From positions 15,143-79,142 of the forward strand of contig JAFMIU010000004.1 of the NCBI GenBank assembly GCA_017853835.1: DNA of 64,000 nucleotides. The letters are read 5' to 3'. A program made the position numbers and the translations under genes. The DNA comes from Pirellulales bacterium (GTDB lineage: Bacteria > Planctomycetota > Planctomycetia > Pirellulales > UBA1268). Position 1 is the first letter of the stretch. Each line of letters begins with the position of its first letter. A model generated the notes under the pieces. That model had not been told where the DNA came from, ran no database searches, and saw only the letters and a list, made by a program, of their open reading frames with translations. Below, piece by piece: positions 8,301 through 17,310 of this stretch.

Positions 8301-11300
8301 ACCGGGGCGTGGTCAGCCGATCCTCGTGCCGCTCCACACGCTCCCAGGCGGCCCGCCAGTCGTCCCAGGTGATGGGGGTGACGGCGACCACGGCACCATC
8401 GTCGGAGGCCGTCTGGTCGGTATCGATGCCGGCAGAGGCCGCGACGGCACGGTCGGCGGCGGCGAGTCGGTGGTAGCCAGCGAGCGCCAGCCTCACCACG
8501 CCGGCAGACTCCCCGGCGAGATCTGCGAGCCAGCCCTCGTCGAGGATCCATGACTCGATCAGATCGTCACGCCGCACGAGGCAGAGCACGAGCGGCCGAT
8601 CATCAGCACCGTCCGCGACGAGTGCGATCGTGATGCTCCGCACCGTCAGTCCCACGGAGGAGACGCGAACACGGAGCTGCCGCCCAGCCTCCGTGAGGGC
8701 CATGAGGGCGATCACGTGGCGGTTGAGGAAGACCACCACGTCGTGCTCCACCTCCTTCCGCTGCCACACCGCGCGGCTCCTCACGCGGCGGGCTTCGGCA
8801 TCCCGCCGAAGTCGCGCGAAGATCTTGGGGATGGTGCCTGAATGAAAGCCTGGCAGCAGCAGGCGGCGAATCGTCTCGCCGTGGTGCCCGACCGGAACGG
8901 GCCGGAGCGTGCGCGGGCGATTGGCGGCATAGAGTCGCCAGTTTTCCTTGAACTCCCACGCGAGAAAGCCAAAGACGCCAGGCAGCGCCGTCGATACGAA
9001 CGTAACCACCGTCAGCGCCAGCCCCTTCTCCATGCCGGTGGTGCCGACGAGCTGCGATGCGACGACGGGAATCATCGGCACGAGAAGCTTGTGAGACACC
9101 GTCACGACCGGAAAGTGCTTGATCGGATTGAGCTGCGGCTCGATCAGCAGCGTGACGCAGAATCGCACGACCGACTCGATCACCGACCAGACGGCACCCA
9201 CGACCGCCTTGATGGCGAGCACGACGCCCGACTCATCGGACCGGAATCGGAGCGACTCGTCGACCGCGTAGAGCGTGCCTTCGACGACGTCGAGAGCGTG
9301 ACGAAACACCTCCACCGTGAGCGAGTAGAGCCCGACGAGCACGTGCGTGTGGAACTGGAGAAGCAGTTTCGTGGCCGACTCCACGACCTGCTCCTGGATC
9401 TGGCGGCCCACGGCGGAGTTCAGCCCGAGGGCCCAGATGGCAAACGCGACCGGCACGAGCCACGGGGTGCTCCGCGACACCCAGGGGCCCTCGTAGGGCA
9501 GCACGAGCCACGTGAGTGCCGTGGCGAGAAGTGGGCTCCAGACATGACGCATGAACCATCGGGCAGCGGGGCTGGCGATGACCCGTTGCACGATCGGCAG
9601 GCGGAGCACGGCGGCGGGAAGGGCGAAGACCAGAAACTGGACCGCCGCCGCGAGGCCGCGGGCTGCCTGCCATGCCACGGCACGGACGGATGCAAGGTGG
9701 AGGATCGCCCACAGCAAGACGCCGATGGTGAGCATCCGAGGCTGCGTGTAGATATGCCAGATGACGCCGAAGGAATAGTGGGTGATGGGCTCGATGATGT
9801 GCTCGAGCCCCCGGAGGAGGACCCACGCGCCGCCAAAGGGCACGAGCACGTTCGTGGTCACGAGCCGTCCCACCGCCGTGCCGAACAGCGGGGAGCTGAT
9901 CCGCTGCATCAGCGTCATGTAGGGGGGAGCGGCTCGATACGCGCCGTCGAGGGTGGCGGCCAGACCCCGATCGAGACGCAGCAGTTCGTCACCGGCAAGC
10001 CAGTCGGCGAGATCCTTCAGGTCGGCGAGTTTGAGCTGGTTTCGGGAGATGGCGTCGCGGATACCGCCAAACGACACGAATCCCCGCGTCATGACGAGGT
10101 CGAGAATCTCCTCGACGAGGGTGTCGCGGGCGGCCGACTCGACGAGCGCGTGCGGCTCGATGCCCGCACGGACGAGTGCCTCCTCGAGACGTGGTCGGAG
10201 CGTCTCGCGGGCGGCCGCATTCGTCGTGCGCACAGCCTCCGCCAGGAGCCGGTCGGCCCGCGATCGTGATGCGGCCGGGAGGTCGAGGGACGGCAGTCTC
10301 CCCGCCGCCGCCTCGGCATGCCGGTGGATCAGGGCGAGCCGCTGGCAGGGGAGCGGCACGGCCAGTGGGCGGCGGCCTCCGGTGACCATCCAGCCGATGA
10401 GCTGCGTGCGAAAACTCTCGCGCTCCGAATCGACGCAGATCTTCTGCAGGTCGAAGAGGAGTCGCGCCGCTGGATGCCACGATGAGCCGCGTGCGTGTTC
10501 CACTAGGTCGCGGATGACCGATTCGGCGTTGTCGACCGCACGATCATCGAGGTCGAGCGCCCAGCCAAGCCGACGGGCAAAGGCATCAATCTGCCGCTCG
10601 AGCCGGCCGGTAGCCTGGCACGCCGCCTCCGGACGCGAGTTCGCGGCACGCCACTCGTCGAGCGCCGCCCGTACCATGTTGCCGGTGAGGGCGGTGTGAG
10701 TGGCGCGGCGTCGCAGCTGGGCGGCCCGCGTGCGCGGCCACCACGTCACGCCCCAGCGTTGCCACCAGGGAGTCGAAATGGGGGCGGCCTCAGGCTCGAT
10801 GGCCACTTCCGGATCAAGCATCGGCGGCAGCGATCGCGCGAGCAGGCCCTCGGCTCCCACCGCGGCCGACAGGGCGGTGGCCACGCCATCGGGATCGACG
10901 ACGGCAGGAAACCATGCGGCAACGAGCGAGGGGCGGAAACAGCGGAGTTCCAGGAACGTCGCGATGAACTCCCGTGCGACGAGCCGATCCGATGCGTCGG
11001 CGTTCACGCGCCCCTCCGCAGCCAGCACATCGCGGGCCTCCATGAGGGTCTCCGCGTCGAGGAGGGAGACTCCGCCATCGGGAAGACGGTCGCCCGCAAG
11101 ATCGAGAAGTGCGTGGAACGCGAGTCGCCAGTACTCCCGGAGGAGCGAATCGGCGTTTTGCGGCGCTGCGCGGACGTCGTCGGGCCGGGACACAACGGCC
11201 ACGTGGTCCGGCAGCGTCGACGGCAACGCCACGAGCCCGTCGGTGAGCCGCGGCAGATCGCGGGCCGAGAGGGTGACGCTGTCGCCATGGGGTGGCCGTG

Positions 11301-11442
11301 CGAGCGAGAGGGGGGCGTCGTGGCACGTGAGCCGGGCGATACGCCGGACCACACGGCGGGAGGCAAACAGCAGCTCCGGGGCCGACTCCCGAATCGCCTG
11401 TTCGATGGCGAAGGAGTCAACGGCAGCAGCAAGGTCGGCCAT
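8281..11442 (-). CDS. large uncharacterised integral membrane protein (1,053 aa)
   Basis: Single uninterrupted ORF with genome-typical codon bias. It has a ~540-aa helical N-terminal region, about 9 hydrophobic helices between roughly residues 540 and 830, and a ~220-aa C-terminal soluble region. I recognise no catalytic motif. Confidence 0.8.
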   Translation of the reverse strand: MADLAAAVDSFAIEQAIRESAPELLFASRRVVRRIARLTCHDAPLSLARPPHGDSVTLSARDLPRLTDGLVALPSTLPDHVAVVSRPDDVRAAPQNADSLLREYWRLAFHALLDLAGDRLPDGGVSLLDAETLMEARDVLAAEGRVNADASDRLVAREFIATFLELRCFRPSLVAAWFPAVVDPDGVATALSAAVGAEGLLARSLPPMLDPEVAIEPEAAPISTPWWQRWGVTWWPRTRAAQLRRRATHTALTGNMVRAALDEWRAANSRPEAACQATGRLERQIDAFARRLGWALDLDDRAVDNAESVIRDLVEHARGSSWHPAARLLFDLQKICVDSERESFRTQLIGWMVTGGRRPLAVPLPCQRLALIHRHAEAAAGRLPSLDLPAASRSRADRLLAEAVRTTNAAARETLRPRLEEALVRAGIEPHALVESAARDTLVEEILDLVMTRGFVSFGGIRDAISRNQLKLADLKDLADWLAGDELLRLDRGLAATLDGAYRAAPPYMTLMQRISSPLFGTAVGRLVTTNVLVPFGGAWVLLRGLEHIIEPITHYSFGVIWHIYTQPRMLTIGVLLWAILHLASVRAVAWQAARGLAAAVQFLVFALPAAVLRLPIVQRVIASPAARWFMRHVWSPLLATALTWLVLPYEGPWVSRSTPWLVPVAFAIWALGLNSAVGRQIQEQVVESATKLLLQFHTHVLVGLYSLTVEVFRHALDVVEGTLYAVDESLRFRSDESGVVLAIKAVVGAVWSVIESVVRFCVTLLIEPQLNPIKHFPVVTVSHKLLVPMIPVVASQLVGTTGMEKGLALTVVTFVSTALPGVFGFLAWEFKENWRLYAANRPRTLRPVPVGHHGETIRRLLLPGFHSGTIPKIFARLRRDAEARRVRSRAVWQRKEVEHDVVVFLNRHVIALMALTEAGRQLRVRVSSVGLTVRSITIALVADGADDRPLVLCLVRRDDLIESWILDEGWLADLAGESAGVVRLALAGYHRLAAADRAVAASAGIDTDQTASDDGAVVAVTPITWDDWRAAWERVERHEDRLTTPRFNLGPG

Positions 11443-11448
11443 CCGCCG

Positions 11449-12390
11449 TCACTCCGCCTCGAGGTGGCGACGTGCCTCCTCGATCTGCTGTCGTTGCTCC
11501 GCGGAAATCTTCGGCCACGTGAGCCCCAGACCGCGGATCGTCTCCGTCAACACCGCCGACACCACGGCGCGGCTCACCCACTTCTTGTCGGCCGGCACCA
11601 CGTACCACGGCGCATGGTCGGTGCTTGTGGCTGAAATCGCCTCCTCGTAGGCGTTCATGTAGTCGTCCCAGTGCTGGCGCTCGGCCACGTCGGACGGGGA
11701 GAACTTCCAGTGCTTCGACGGTTCGTCAATTCTCGAAAGAAAGCGTCGCTTCTGTTCTTCTCGCGACACGTTGAGAAAGAATTTCACGATCGCCGTGCCG
11801 TTTCGCGCGAGGTGGCGTTCGAACGCCACGATGTCGTCATACCGCGACTCCCAGAGTTTTCGGCCCGGTTTGACGTCGGGAACTCGCTGGGCTTCGAGCA
11901 GATGCTGGTGGACCCGCACCACCAGCACGTCTTCGTAATACGAGCGGTTGAAGATGCCGATCTGCCCCCGCGACGGGACTCGCTTCATGCACCGCCAGAG
12001 AAACGTGTGGTCGAGTTCCTCCGCGGATGGCTGCTTGAAGCTCGTCACCTCGACACCCTGGGGATTGACCCCGCTCATGACGTGCTTGATCGCCCCGTCC
12101 TTTCCCGCCGCGTCCATCGCCTGGAAGATGACGAGCACGCTCCAGGTGTCGCTTGCCCAGAGGAGTTCCTGCATCTGGGAGAGCGCCTCCACGTGGGTGG
12201 CGAGCAGCCCCCGGGCCTCCTCCTTCCGCTCCTTTTCCGGGATGTCGCCGTTGCCTGCCCAGCCCGGATCATGGTCGGCGAGTCGAAGCGGCTTCCCCGC
12301 CGGCACGCGAAACCGCTTTTCGAGTTTGGCGAAGTCGAGCGACACACCATCACCTGCGAGGCCCGGGAGCGTGGAGGATGTCGTCATCAT
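11449..12390 (-). CDS. ppk2: polyphosphate kinase 2 family protein (PPK2, single-domain)
   Basis: FQAMDAAGKDGAIKHV (Walker A-like), FNRSYYEDVLVVRVH and PWYVVPADKKW motifs. The true start is the internal ATGATG at 12390. The upstream part of ORF 11449..12885 has no PPK2 similarity. Confidence 0.85.
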   Translation of the reverse strand: MMTTSSTLPGLAGDGVSLDFAKLEKRFRVPAGKPLRLADHDPGWAGNGDIPEKERKEEARGLLATHVEALSQMQELLWASDTWSVLVIFQAMDAAGKDGAIKHVMSGVNPQGVEVTSFKQPSAEELDHTFLWRCMKRVPSRGQIGIFNRSYYEDVLVVRVHQHLLEAQRVPDVKPGRKLWESRYDDIVAFERHLARNGTAIVKFFLNVSREEQKRRFLSRIDEPSKHWKFSPSDVAERQHWDDYMNAYEEAISATSTDHAPWYVVPADKKWVSRAVVSAVLTETIRGLGLTWPKISAEQRQQIEEARRHLEAE

Positions 12391-12465
12391 AGCGGCAGAA
12401 CGGAGGGTACGGAGACACGCTGCCGTTGCACGGGCTACGATGGAGTCTTCCCGAGGAGTTGTTCC

Positions 12466-12933
12466 ATGGCGACGGTTCAGGTTGGCGACACGGCCCCCCG
12501 TTTTACGGCCATCATCCAGGATGGCAGCGAGTTTGACTCGGCGTCGTTGCTGGGACGGCAGTGGCTGGTGCTCTTTTTCTATCCCAAGGACGGCACACCT
12601 GTGTGCACCAAGGAAGCCTGCGCGTTTCGTGACTCCTACGAGCGGTTTCTCGCGGCGGGCGCCCAGGTGGTCGGGGTGAGCGGCGACTCCGCCTCCCGCC
12701 ATGCCCGGTTTGCCGACCGACACAAGCTCCCGTTTCCGATCGTGGCCGACACCGGCAGCCGCCTCCGCAGGCTGTTTGGCGTGCCGGCCCCGCTCGGTTT
12801 TCTCCCGGGCAGGATCACCTACGTCATCGACCGCGACGGAATCGTCAGGCTCGCCTTCTCGGCGCTCTTCGCCTCCGAGGAGCACGTCCGCAAGGCGCTG
12901 GCGGCCGTCGAGGGGGCCGAGCAGCCTTCCTGA
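12466..12933 (+). CDS. bcp: thioredoxin-dependent peroxiredoxin (Bcp/PrxQ type)
   Basis: FFYPKDGTPVCTKEACAFRD peroxidatic-Cys motif, 155 aa. The preceding part of ORF 11671..12933 is antisense to ppk2. Confidence 0.85.
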   Translation: MATVQVGDTAPRFTAIIQDGSEFDSASLLGRQWLVLFFYPKDGTPVCTKEACAFRDSYERFLAAGAQVVGVSGDSASRHARFADRHKLPFPIVADTGSRLRRLFGVPAPLGFLPGRITYVIDRDGIVRLAFSALFASEEHVRKALAAVEGAEQPS

Positions 12934-12964
12934 GGCTTGAGTAACCCATTCATCGCCTGCCTTC

Positions 12965-12990
12965 GCAACGCGACGGGGATTTGGCGTTGC
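12965..12990. terminator. possible hairpin between convergent bcp and OYE fragment
   Basis: GCAACGC-12 nt-GCGTTGC, a 7-bp stem. No clear U-tract follows, so this is weak. Confidence 0.25.
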
Positions 12991-13058
12991 TGCTCGTGAA
13001 TCTCCTTTTCATCGATCACGAGAACACAAAGCGGCGATCCACAGAACCCGGAGTCGCC

Positions 13059-13860
13059 CTAGCGATGGCTTGGCCAATCGACGTACCCGGCGGCACCGGT
13101 CGGCCTCCACCACGTCTCCATGGCGGCCTCCGGGGCCAGCGACCAGCCGTGACGAAGCCGCTCGACGAAGTCCGGGTTCGCGATGAAGGGCCGGCCGAAC
13201 GCAATCAAGTCGGCGTGCCCCGCTGCGATCATCGCCTCGGCTGATTCCGGTGTGTAGCCGCAGTTGCCGATCAGCGGACCGTGAAACACGCCGCGAAAGT
13301 CGGCGAGTGTCAACGGCTCGCCATGCTGATGGAACCCAAAGGCGAGCCCGTCGAGGATGTGGAGGTAGGCCAGCGGAAACCGATCGAGCACCGTCGCGGC
13401 ATGGAGGAACTGTTCGCGGAAGTTGGGCGACCCCATGTCGTTGAAGACCCCGTTGGGCGAGAGCCGCACCCCAACGCGATGGCTGGGCCACTCACGAGTC
13501 ACGGCCGTGACGACGTCGGCGAGGAAGCGGCATCGCTTTTCGATGCTGCCGCCGTAGTCGTCGGTGCGAAGGTTCGTGCGCGACTGCAGAAACTGGTCGA
13601 TGAGATAGCCGTTGGCGGCGTGGATCTCGACACCGTCAAACCCGGCGCGACGGGCCCGGGCCGCGGCCCGGCCATAGTCGGCCACGGTGGCGACCACCTC
13701 GTGCGGCTCGAGGGCGTGTGGCGTCTCGTAGGGCCGCTTGCCGATGGGGGTGTGCAGTCCGTCGCCGTTGATCTTCACCGCCGAGGCCGAAACAGCCGGC
13801 CGGCCGTTGTGGAAACTGCTGTGCGAGGCCCGACCCATATGCCAGAGCTGCAGGAAGATT
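13059..13860 (-). pseudogene. NADH:flavin oxidoreductase / old yellow enzyme (NemA-like), C-terminal fragment
   Basis: Reads (L)IFLQLWHMGRASH...GFDGVEIHAANGYLIDQFL...RTDDYGGSIEKRCRF, the OYE core from the QLWH strand onward. It has no start of its own. Confidence 0.85.
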
Positions 13861-14030
13861 AGGACAAGTCCCCGCAGCGAAATTGCTGTGTTTCGCGTCC
13901 TGCTGCGGCAGGCTTCGTGAGCGGTAGTTTTCCGGATCGTGCGAGGATCGCCCCGCCAGCCGATCGGGCTTCCTTGGCGATCCTAGAGCGTCGTTTTCCA
14001 GCCCGAGGCCGTCCCGGTAGGCTGTCGGCC

Positions 14031-14309
14031 ATGCCAGCCGTCCTTGCCATCCTCGTCGCCACCACGGCCCTCGCAGCCGAGTCCACTACGCTCACGGGCA
14101 AGGTGGTGTCGGTTCACGACGGCGACACGCTGCGAGTCGTTGACGGCACGGGCGGGAACCATGCCGTGAGGCTTCAAGGCATCGACGCCCCGGAGACGAG
14201 CCAGCCATTCGGAACGAAGTCGAGGAACCGGCTGGCCGCCCTGGCGATGGGCAAGCGGGCCACGGTGGCCGTCACGGGCACCGATCGGTACGGCAGGCTC
14301 TTGGTGTGA
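14031..14309 (+). pseudogene. staphylococcal-nuclease-like (SNase/thermonuclease) protein, C-terminally truncated
   Basis: Signal peptide MPAVLAILVATTALAAE, then VVSVHDGDTLRV...VRLQGIDAPETSQPFG...DRYGRLL. The ORF stops right after DRYGR, so the usual last third of the SNase fold is missing. Confidence 0.6.
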
Positions 14310-14334
14310 GGGCATCCGGCTCCTCCGAGGCGTG

Positions 14335-14364
14335 AAAGCGCACGAGCGCACCTGCGCTTTTTTT
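14335..14364 (+). terminator. rho-independent terminator-like hairpin
   Basis: AAAGCGCA-10 nt-TGCGCTTT stem followed by a run of 7 T. Confidence 0.5.
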
Positions 14365-14584
14365 GTGTGCGCGCCCGATTCGTCCCTGCCCGTGCCCGAT
14401 TCGTCACATTCTCGGTTTTGTGGCTTCTGGGCCGCCTGTTTCGTCGTATAACCCCGGAAGTGTGGTTGTGTGTCTGGAAGGTAGTCCACACACCTGCAAC
14501 CGTTGCTCAACCGCGTACGGTGCTGGTTCGTGAAGGCCGTCCTCTCTCTTTCAGCGTTTCCTAGTCTGTCACTGGAGTTTGCTC

Positions 14585-15187
14585 ATGAACACGGTCTTGG
14601 TTCGTTCTGCAGTGGTCTTTTTTTTCGCTGCGGCGGTCACGTCGGCATCTTCAGCAAGCGCCGGTCTCGTGATCTCGTTTGAGGAAAGCGGAGCTAACGT
14701 GGTAGCCACCTTGTCGGGGTCGTTCACGGCCCTCCCAACCCCAAGTGGAAGCCAATTCGCGATATTAAGAAACCGCGTACGCGGCGGCGGCCCGTATTTT
14801 GATTCGACCGACCAGCCGTCTGGCACTTCCATGAACTTGAATGTGTACGATTTTGTGCCGTTAAACTCCTTTCCGGCTTTTGGCACTCTCAACACAACTT
14901 TCAATGCGACCTCTGTCTCTGGATTGAACACATCGGTGTTGGTCAACGTGGCCTTGCTCTGCCTGCCGCCGGACTTCTCCGCCGGCACGTCTTTCACCGG
15001 GAGTTTGAACTGGGCTGGGCAATCGTTGGCTTCGTTGGCGCTCACGCCCGGGTCATACACTGGGACGCTCAGTAACTCGGAAACCGTCACCATCAATGTC
15101 GTCCCCGAACCCACCACCTGCGTCATGGCCCTCGCCGGTCTGGCCTGCGGCGGCTACTCGCTCTTTTGCCGTCGCAAGCGGGCCTGA
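14585..15187 (+). CDS. small PEP-CTERM sorting-domain protein (about 200 aa)
   Basis: Signal peptide, then a C-terminal VPEPTTCVMALAGLACGGYSLFCRRKRA (PEP motif + TM + basic tail). G+C is markedly lower than in the flanks. Confidence 0.75.
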   Translation: MNTVLVRSAVVFFFAAAVTSASSASAGLVISFEESGANVVATLSGSFTALPTPSGSQFAILRNRVRGGGPYFDSTDQPSGTSMNLNVYDFVPLNSFPAFGTLNTTFNATSVSGLNTSVLVNVALLCLPPDFSAGTSFTGSLNWAGQSLASLALTPGSYTGTLSNSETVTINVVPEPTTCVMALAGLACGGYSLFCRRKRA

Positions 15188-15217
15188 CACAACGAAGCCA
15201 ACGCGATTCAACGCGAG

Positions 15218-15253
15218 GGGAGCAGGTCGCCATCACGGGCCTGCTCCCTTTGT
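15218..15253 (+). terminator. rho-independent terminator-like hairpin after the PEP-CTERM gene
   Basis: GGGAGCAGG-13 nt-CCTGCTCCC followed by TTTGTGCGTTTG. Confidence 0.55.
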
Positions 15254-15379
15254 GCGTTTGTGGGGCGTGCCGCCGTGGGAATGGAGGGCAACAGAGAAGG
15301 ATCGCAAGGACGGCGGGGCGATACCGGGAAAGCCTCCACGGGTAAAATGACGTTTTCCGTAGCCCCCGGGAGCCAGCCC

Positions 15380-15757
15380 ATGCCACATCCGATCGCTGTT
15401 CGCCCCTTTGTTATCCGAGCCACCGAGTCCGCCCGCACCGGAGGCACGGCCGCCGAACGATCCAACGCCCTCGCCACGGCGATTGCCGACCTCGTTCTCG
15501 CAAACCGCCTCGCAGCGGATTCGTTTGGGTGCCGATCGGTGTTCGCATGGGCCGTCGATCGACTTGCGGACGCTTATTCGGAGATGCGGGACGAAGCGGC
15601 GGCCCCGGCGGGGCCGGGGCTTTTGTGGTCGCCGATCCAGATTGCCGACCATGCCCGGGCGATCGACGAAGCGGTGGCCGATGCCACGGGCATCGTCGAG
15701 GCGATGGAGGCCGAGGCGGTTGTGGAGGACGAGGGCGAGGCGGATTGGTGGCGGTAG
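15380..15757 (+). CDS. hypothetical protein (125 aa) inside the insertion
   Basis: ATG-initiated part of ORF 15260..15757. Helical, with an acidic C-terminus (EAEAVVEDEGEADWWR). No family recognised. Confidence 0.4.
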   Translation: MPHPIAVRPFVIRATESARTGGTAAERSNALATAIADLVLANRLAADSFGCRSVFAWAVDRLADAYSEMRDEAAAPAGPGLLWSPIQIADHARAIDEAVADATGIVEAMEAEAVVEDEGEADWWR

Positions 15758-15837
15758 CGGGCACCCTCACCCGGCATCCCCGTACCTCCACTCCAAGCGT
15801 GGCAGGCCGATAACCTCGGTTTCGATTTCATAACGTG

Positions 15838-16133
15838 AGGAAGATTCGGCCACCGCGGGCATGCACGGCCTCGGTGACCGAACGCCAGCCTGCCTCCATG
15901 GCGTCGGTGTAGATGCCGGGGGACTCGACCCAGCCATTTGCCTGCTCGGAGATCGTCGTGGCCTCGGCGATGATGAGACCGGCAGAACTCCGCTGCGCGT
16001 AGTATTCCGCTATCATCGCGTTCGGAATCCGGTCCGGGCCGGAGCGAGCCCGAGTCAGCGGTGCCATGACCACGCGGTTGGCGAGTTGGAGGCCATGGAG
16101 ATCAAACGGTGAAAGCAGGGACGGAAAGGGCAT
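15838..16133 (-). pseudogene. old yellow enzyme (NemA-like), N-terminal fragment
   Basis: MPFPSLLSPFDLHGLQLANRVVMAPLTRARS...AEYYAQRSSAGLIIAEAT...VHARGGRIFL, then 2 foreign codons and a stop. This is the classic OYE N-terminus. Confidence 0.85.
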
Positions 16134-16143
16134 GACGGAACAG

Positions 16144-17187
16144 TTATCCAGGAAGGTGAAAAAAACCGATCGCCAGAATCAGGTAGACACCGAGCAGCAG
16201 AAACCCCTCGAACCAGTTCGCCTTGCCGTCGGCGATCAGCTCCCGGGTGATGATGGTGGCGAGCACGATCGCTACCACTTCGAACCCCGTGAAGGCAAGA
16301 TCCATGGGCTGGCCCATGATCTGGCCGGCGAAAACGAGCAGCGGTGCGACGAGCAGCACGAGCTGAATGGTCGACCCGACCGTGGCCGCCAGCACGAGCG
16401 AAGGCTTGCCCCGGCGCGCGAAATGAAAGCCCGACAGCACCTCCCCGAGGCTCCCCACTCCGCCGAGCAACACCAGGCCGCTGAAGGTCGTCGTGAGCCC
16501 AAGCTGACGGGCGGTCGGCTCGAGCGCGTGGGAGAGTTCCTCGGTCACCACGCCGAGGCAGGCTGACGCGATGACGAGCTTCAGCAGGCTCTGCCATACG
16601 GCCGCCGGGCGATGGTTTTCCTCGAGCGGCGTATCGTCGGGAAGACTCGTGCCACTGCTGCCGCCGGAGAGCGACACCGCGACGTTCGCGACATACATTC
16701 CGATCAGCACGAACGACATCTCGAACGACAGATCGCGGGTTTCCGCCGATGTGCCCAGCGAGAACATGGCCGGAACGATGAAGCAGAACGCGCAGATCAT
16801 CAGCATCGATCCGTTGACGGCGAGCCGCTTCGGGTCGAACCGTTGCTCGCCGTGGGTGATGCCGCCGGTGATCAGCGCAACGCCAAGACTCACGAGCAGG
16901 TTGGCGAGAATCGCTCCCGTGAGGGATGCCTTGACCACGGCGGCAAGCCCATTGGACAGGGCGACACCACCGATGATCAGTTCGGGAAGGTTGTTGAGCG
17001 TGGAATTGAGGAGGCCGCCGAGCGTGGGGCCGAGCCGGGCGGCAAGCCGCTCGGTGGCGTCTCCGATCATGCCGACGAGCGGCACGATCGACACGAGGCA
17101 GGCGATGAACACCGCGGCTGGAGGGGCCTCCTGCCACGACAGGCCAATCGCCACGGGTACGGCGGCGAGAAGCCAGCGTGTGGTCAT
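16144..17187 (-). CDS. cax: Ca2+/H+ antiporter (CaCA/CAX family)
   Basis: GDATERLA...GGLLNSTLNNLPELI and a second GNxxE-like repeat, about 11 TM helices, 347 aa from the internal ATG at 17187. Confidence 0.85.
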   Translation of the reverse strand: MTTRWLLAAVPVAIGLSWQEAPPAAVFIACLVSIVPLVGMIGDATERLAARLGPTLGGLLNSTLNNLPELIIGGVALSNGLAAVVKASLTGAILANLLVSLGVALITGGITHGEQRFDPKRLAVNGSMLMICAFCFIVPAMFSLGTSAETRDLSFEMSFVLIGMYVANVAVSLSGGSSGTSLPDDTPLEENHRPAAVWQSLLKLVIASACLGVVTEELSHALEPTARQLGLTTTFSGLVLLGGVGSLGEVLSGFHFARRGKPSLVLAATVGSTIQLVLLVAPLLVFAGQIMGQPMDLAFTGFEVVAIVLATIITRELIADGKANWFEGFLLLGVYLILAIGFFHLPG

Positions 17188-17310
17188 GCAGATCGCCCTT
17201 GTGGTCGGCTGAGTCGGGGAAATGGGTGTATGCTCTCGCCCCGGCGATTCTTGGTCGCCGAGGATCGTTTGCCAACTCCACGAACTGACGCAGGGAGCGA
17301 AAGGGGATTC

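Larger units (their letters stand above)
13861..15837 (+). mobile_element. 1,977-bp insertion splitting the OYE gene, flanked by 9-bp direct repeats; no transposase
   Basis: AGGAAGATT occurs at 13852-13860 and 15838-15846. Deleting the insert plus one repeat copy restores ...GGRIFLQLWHMGR... in frame. I found no terminal inverted repeats by eye. Confidence 0.5.

Noticed and set aside
8842-11650. ORFs of 248-475 aa antisense or off-frame to the 1,053-aa membrane-protein gene (8842..10269, 9953..10699, 10696..11634, 10700..11650).
   Set aside because: They have the same compositional signature (Arg/His/Asp/Glu/Pro-rich) and no motifs. They lie wholly inside a single long ORF that has coherent TM topology.
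11671-12465. An N-terminal extension of the bcp ORF (tracked as 11671..12933, 420 aa).
   Set aside because: It is antisense to ppk2. The peroxiredoxin fold is complete from ATG 12466 (155 aa, the normal Bcp size).
13861-15837. A complete IS element, integron cassette or prophage remnant as the explanation for the OYE insertion.
   Set aside because: No ORF in any frame shows DDE/HUH transposase, tyrosine/serine recombinase or phage motifs, and I could not find terminal inverted repeats. Only the 9-bp direct repeat supports mobility, so it is reported as an unclassified insertion.
16612-17310. A 233-codon N-terminal extension of the GAF-PP2C ORF (tracked as 16612..18624).
   Set aside because: The extension is antisense to the cax antiporter gene and has no domain content. 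The GAF domain begins right after the ATG at 17311.
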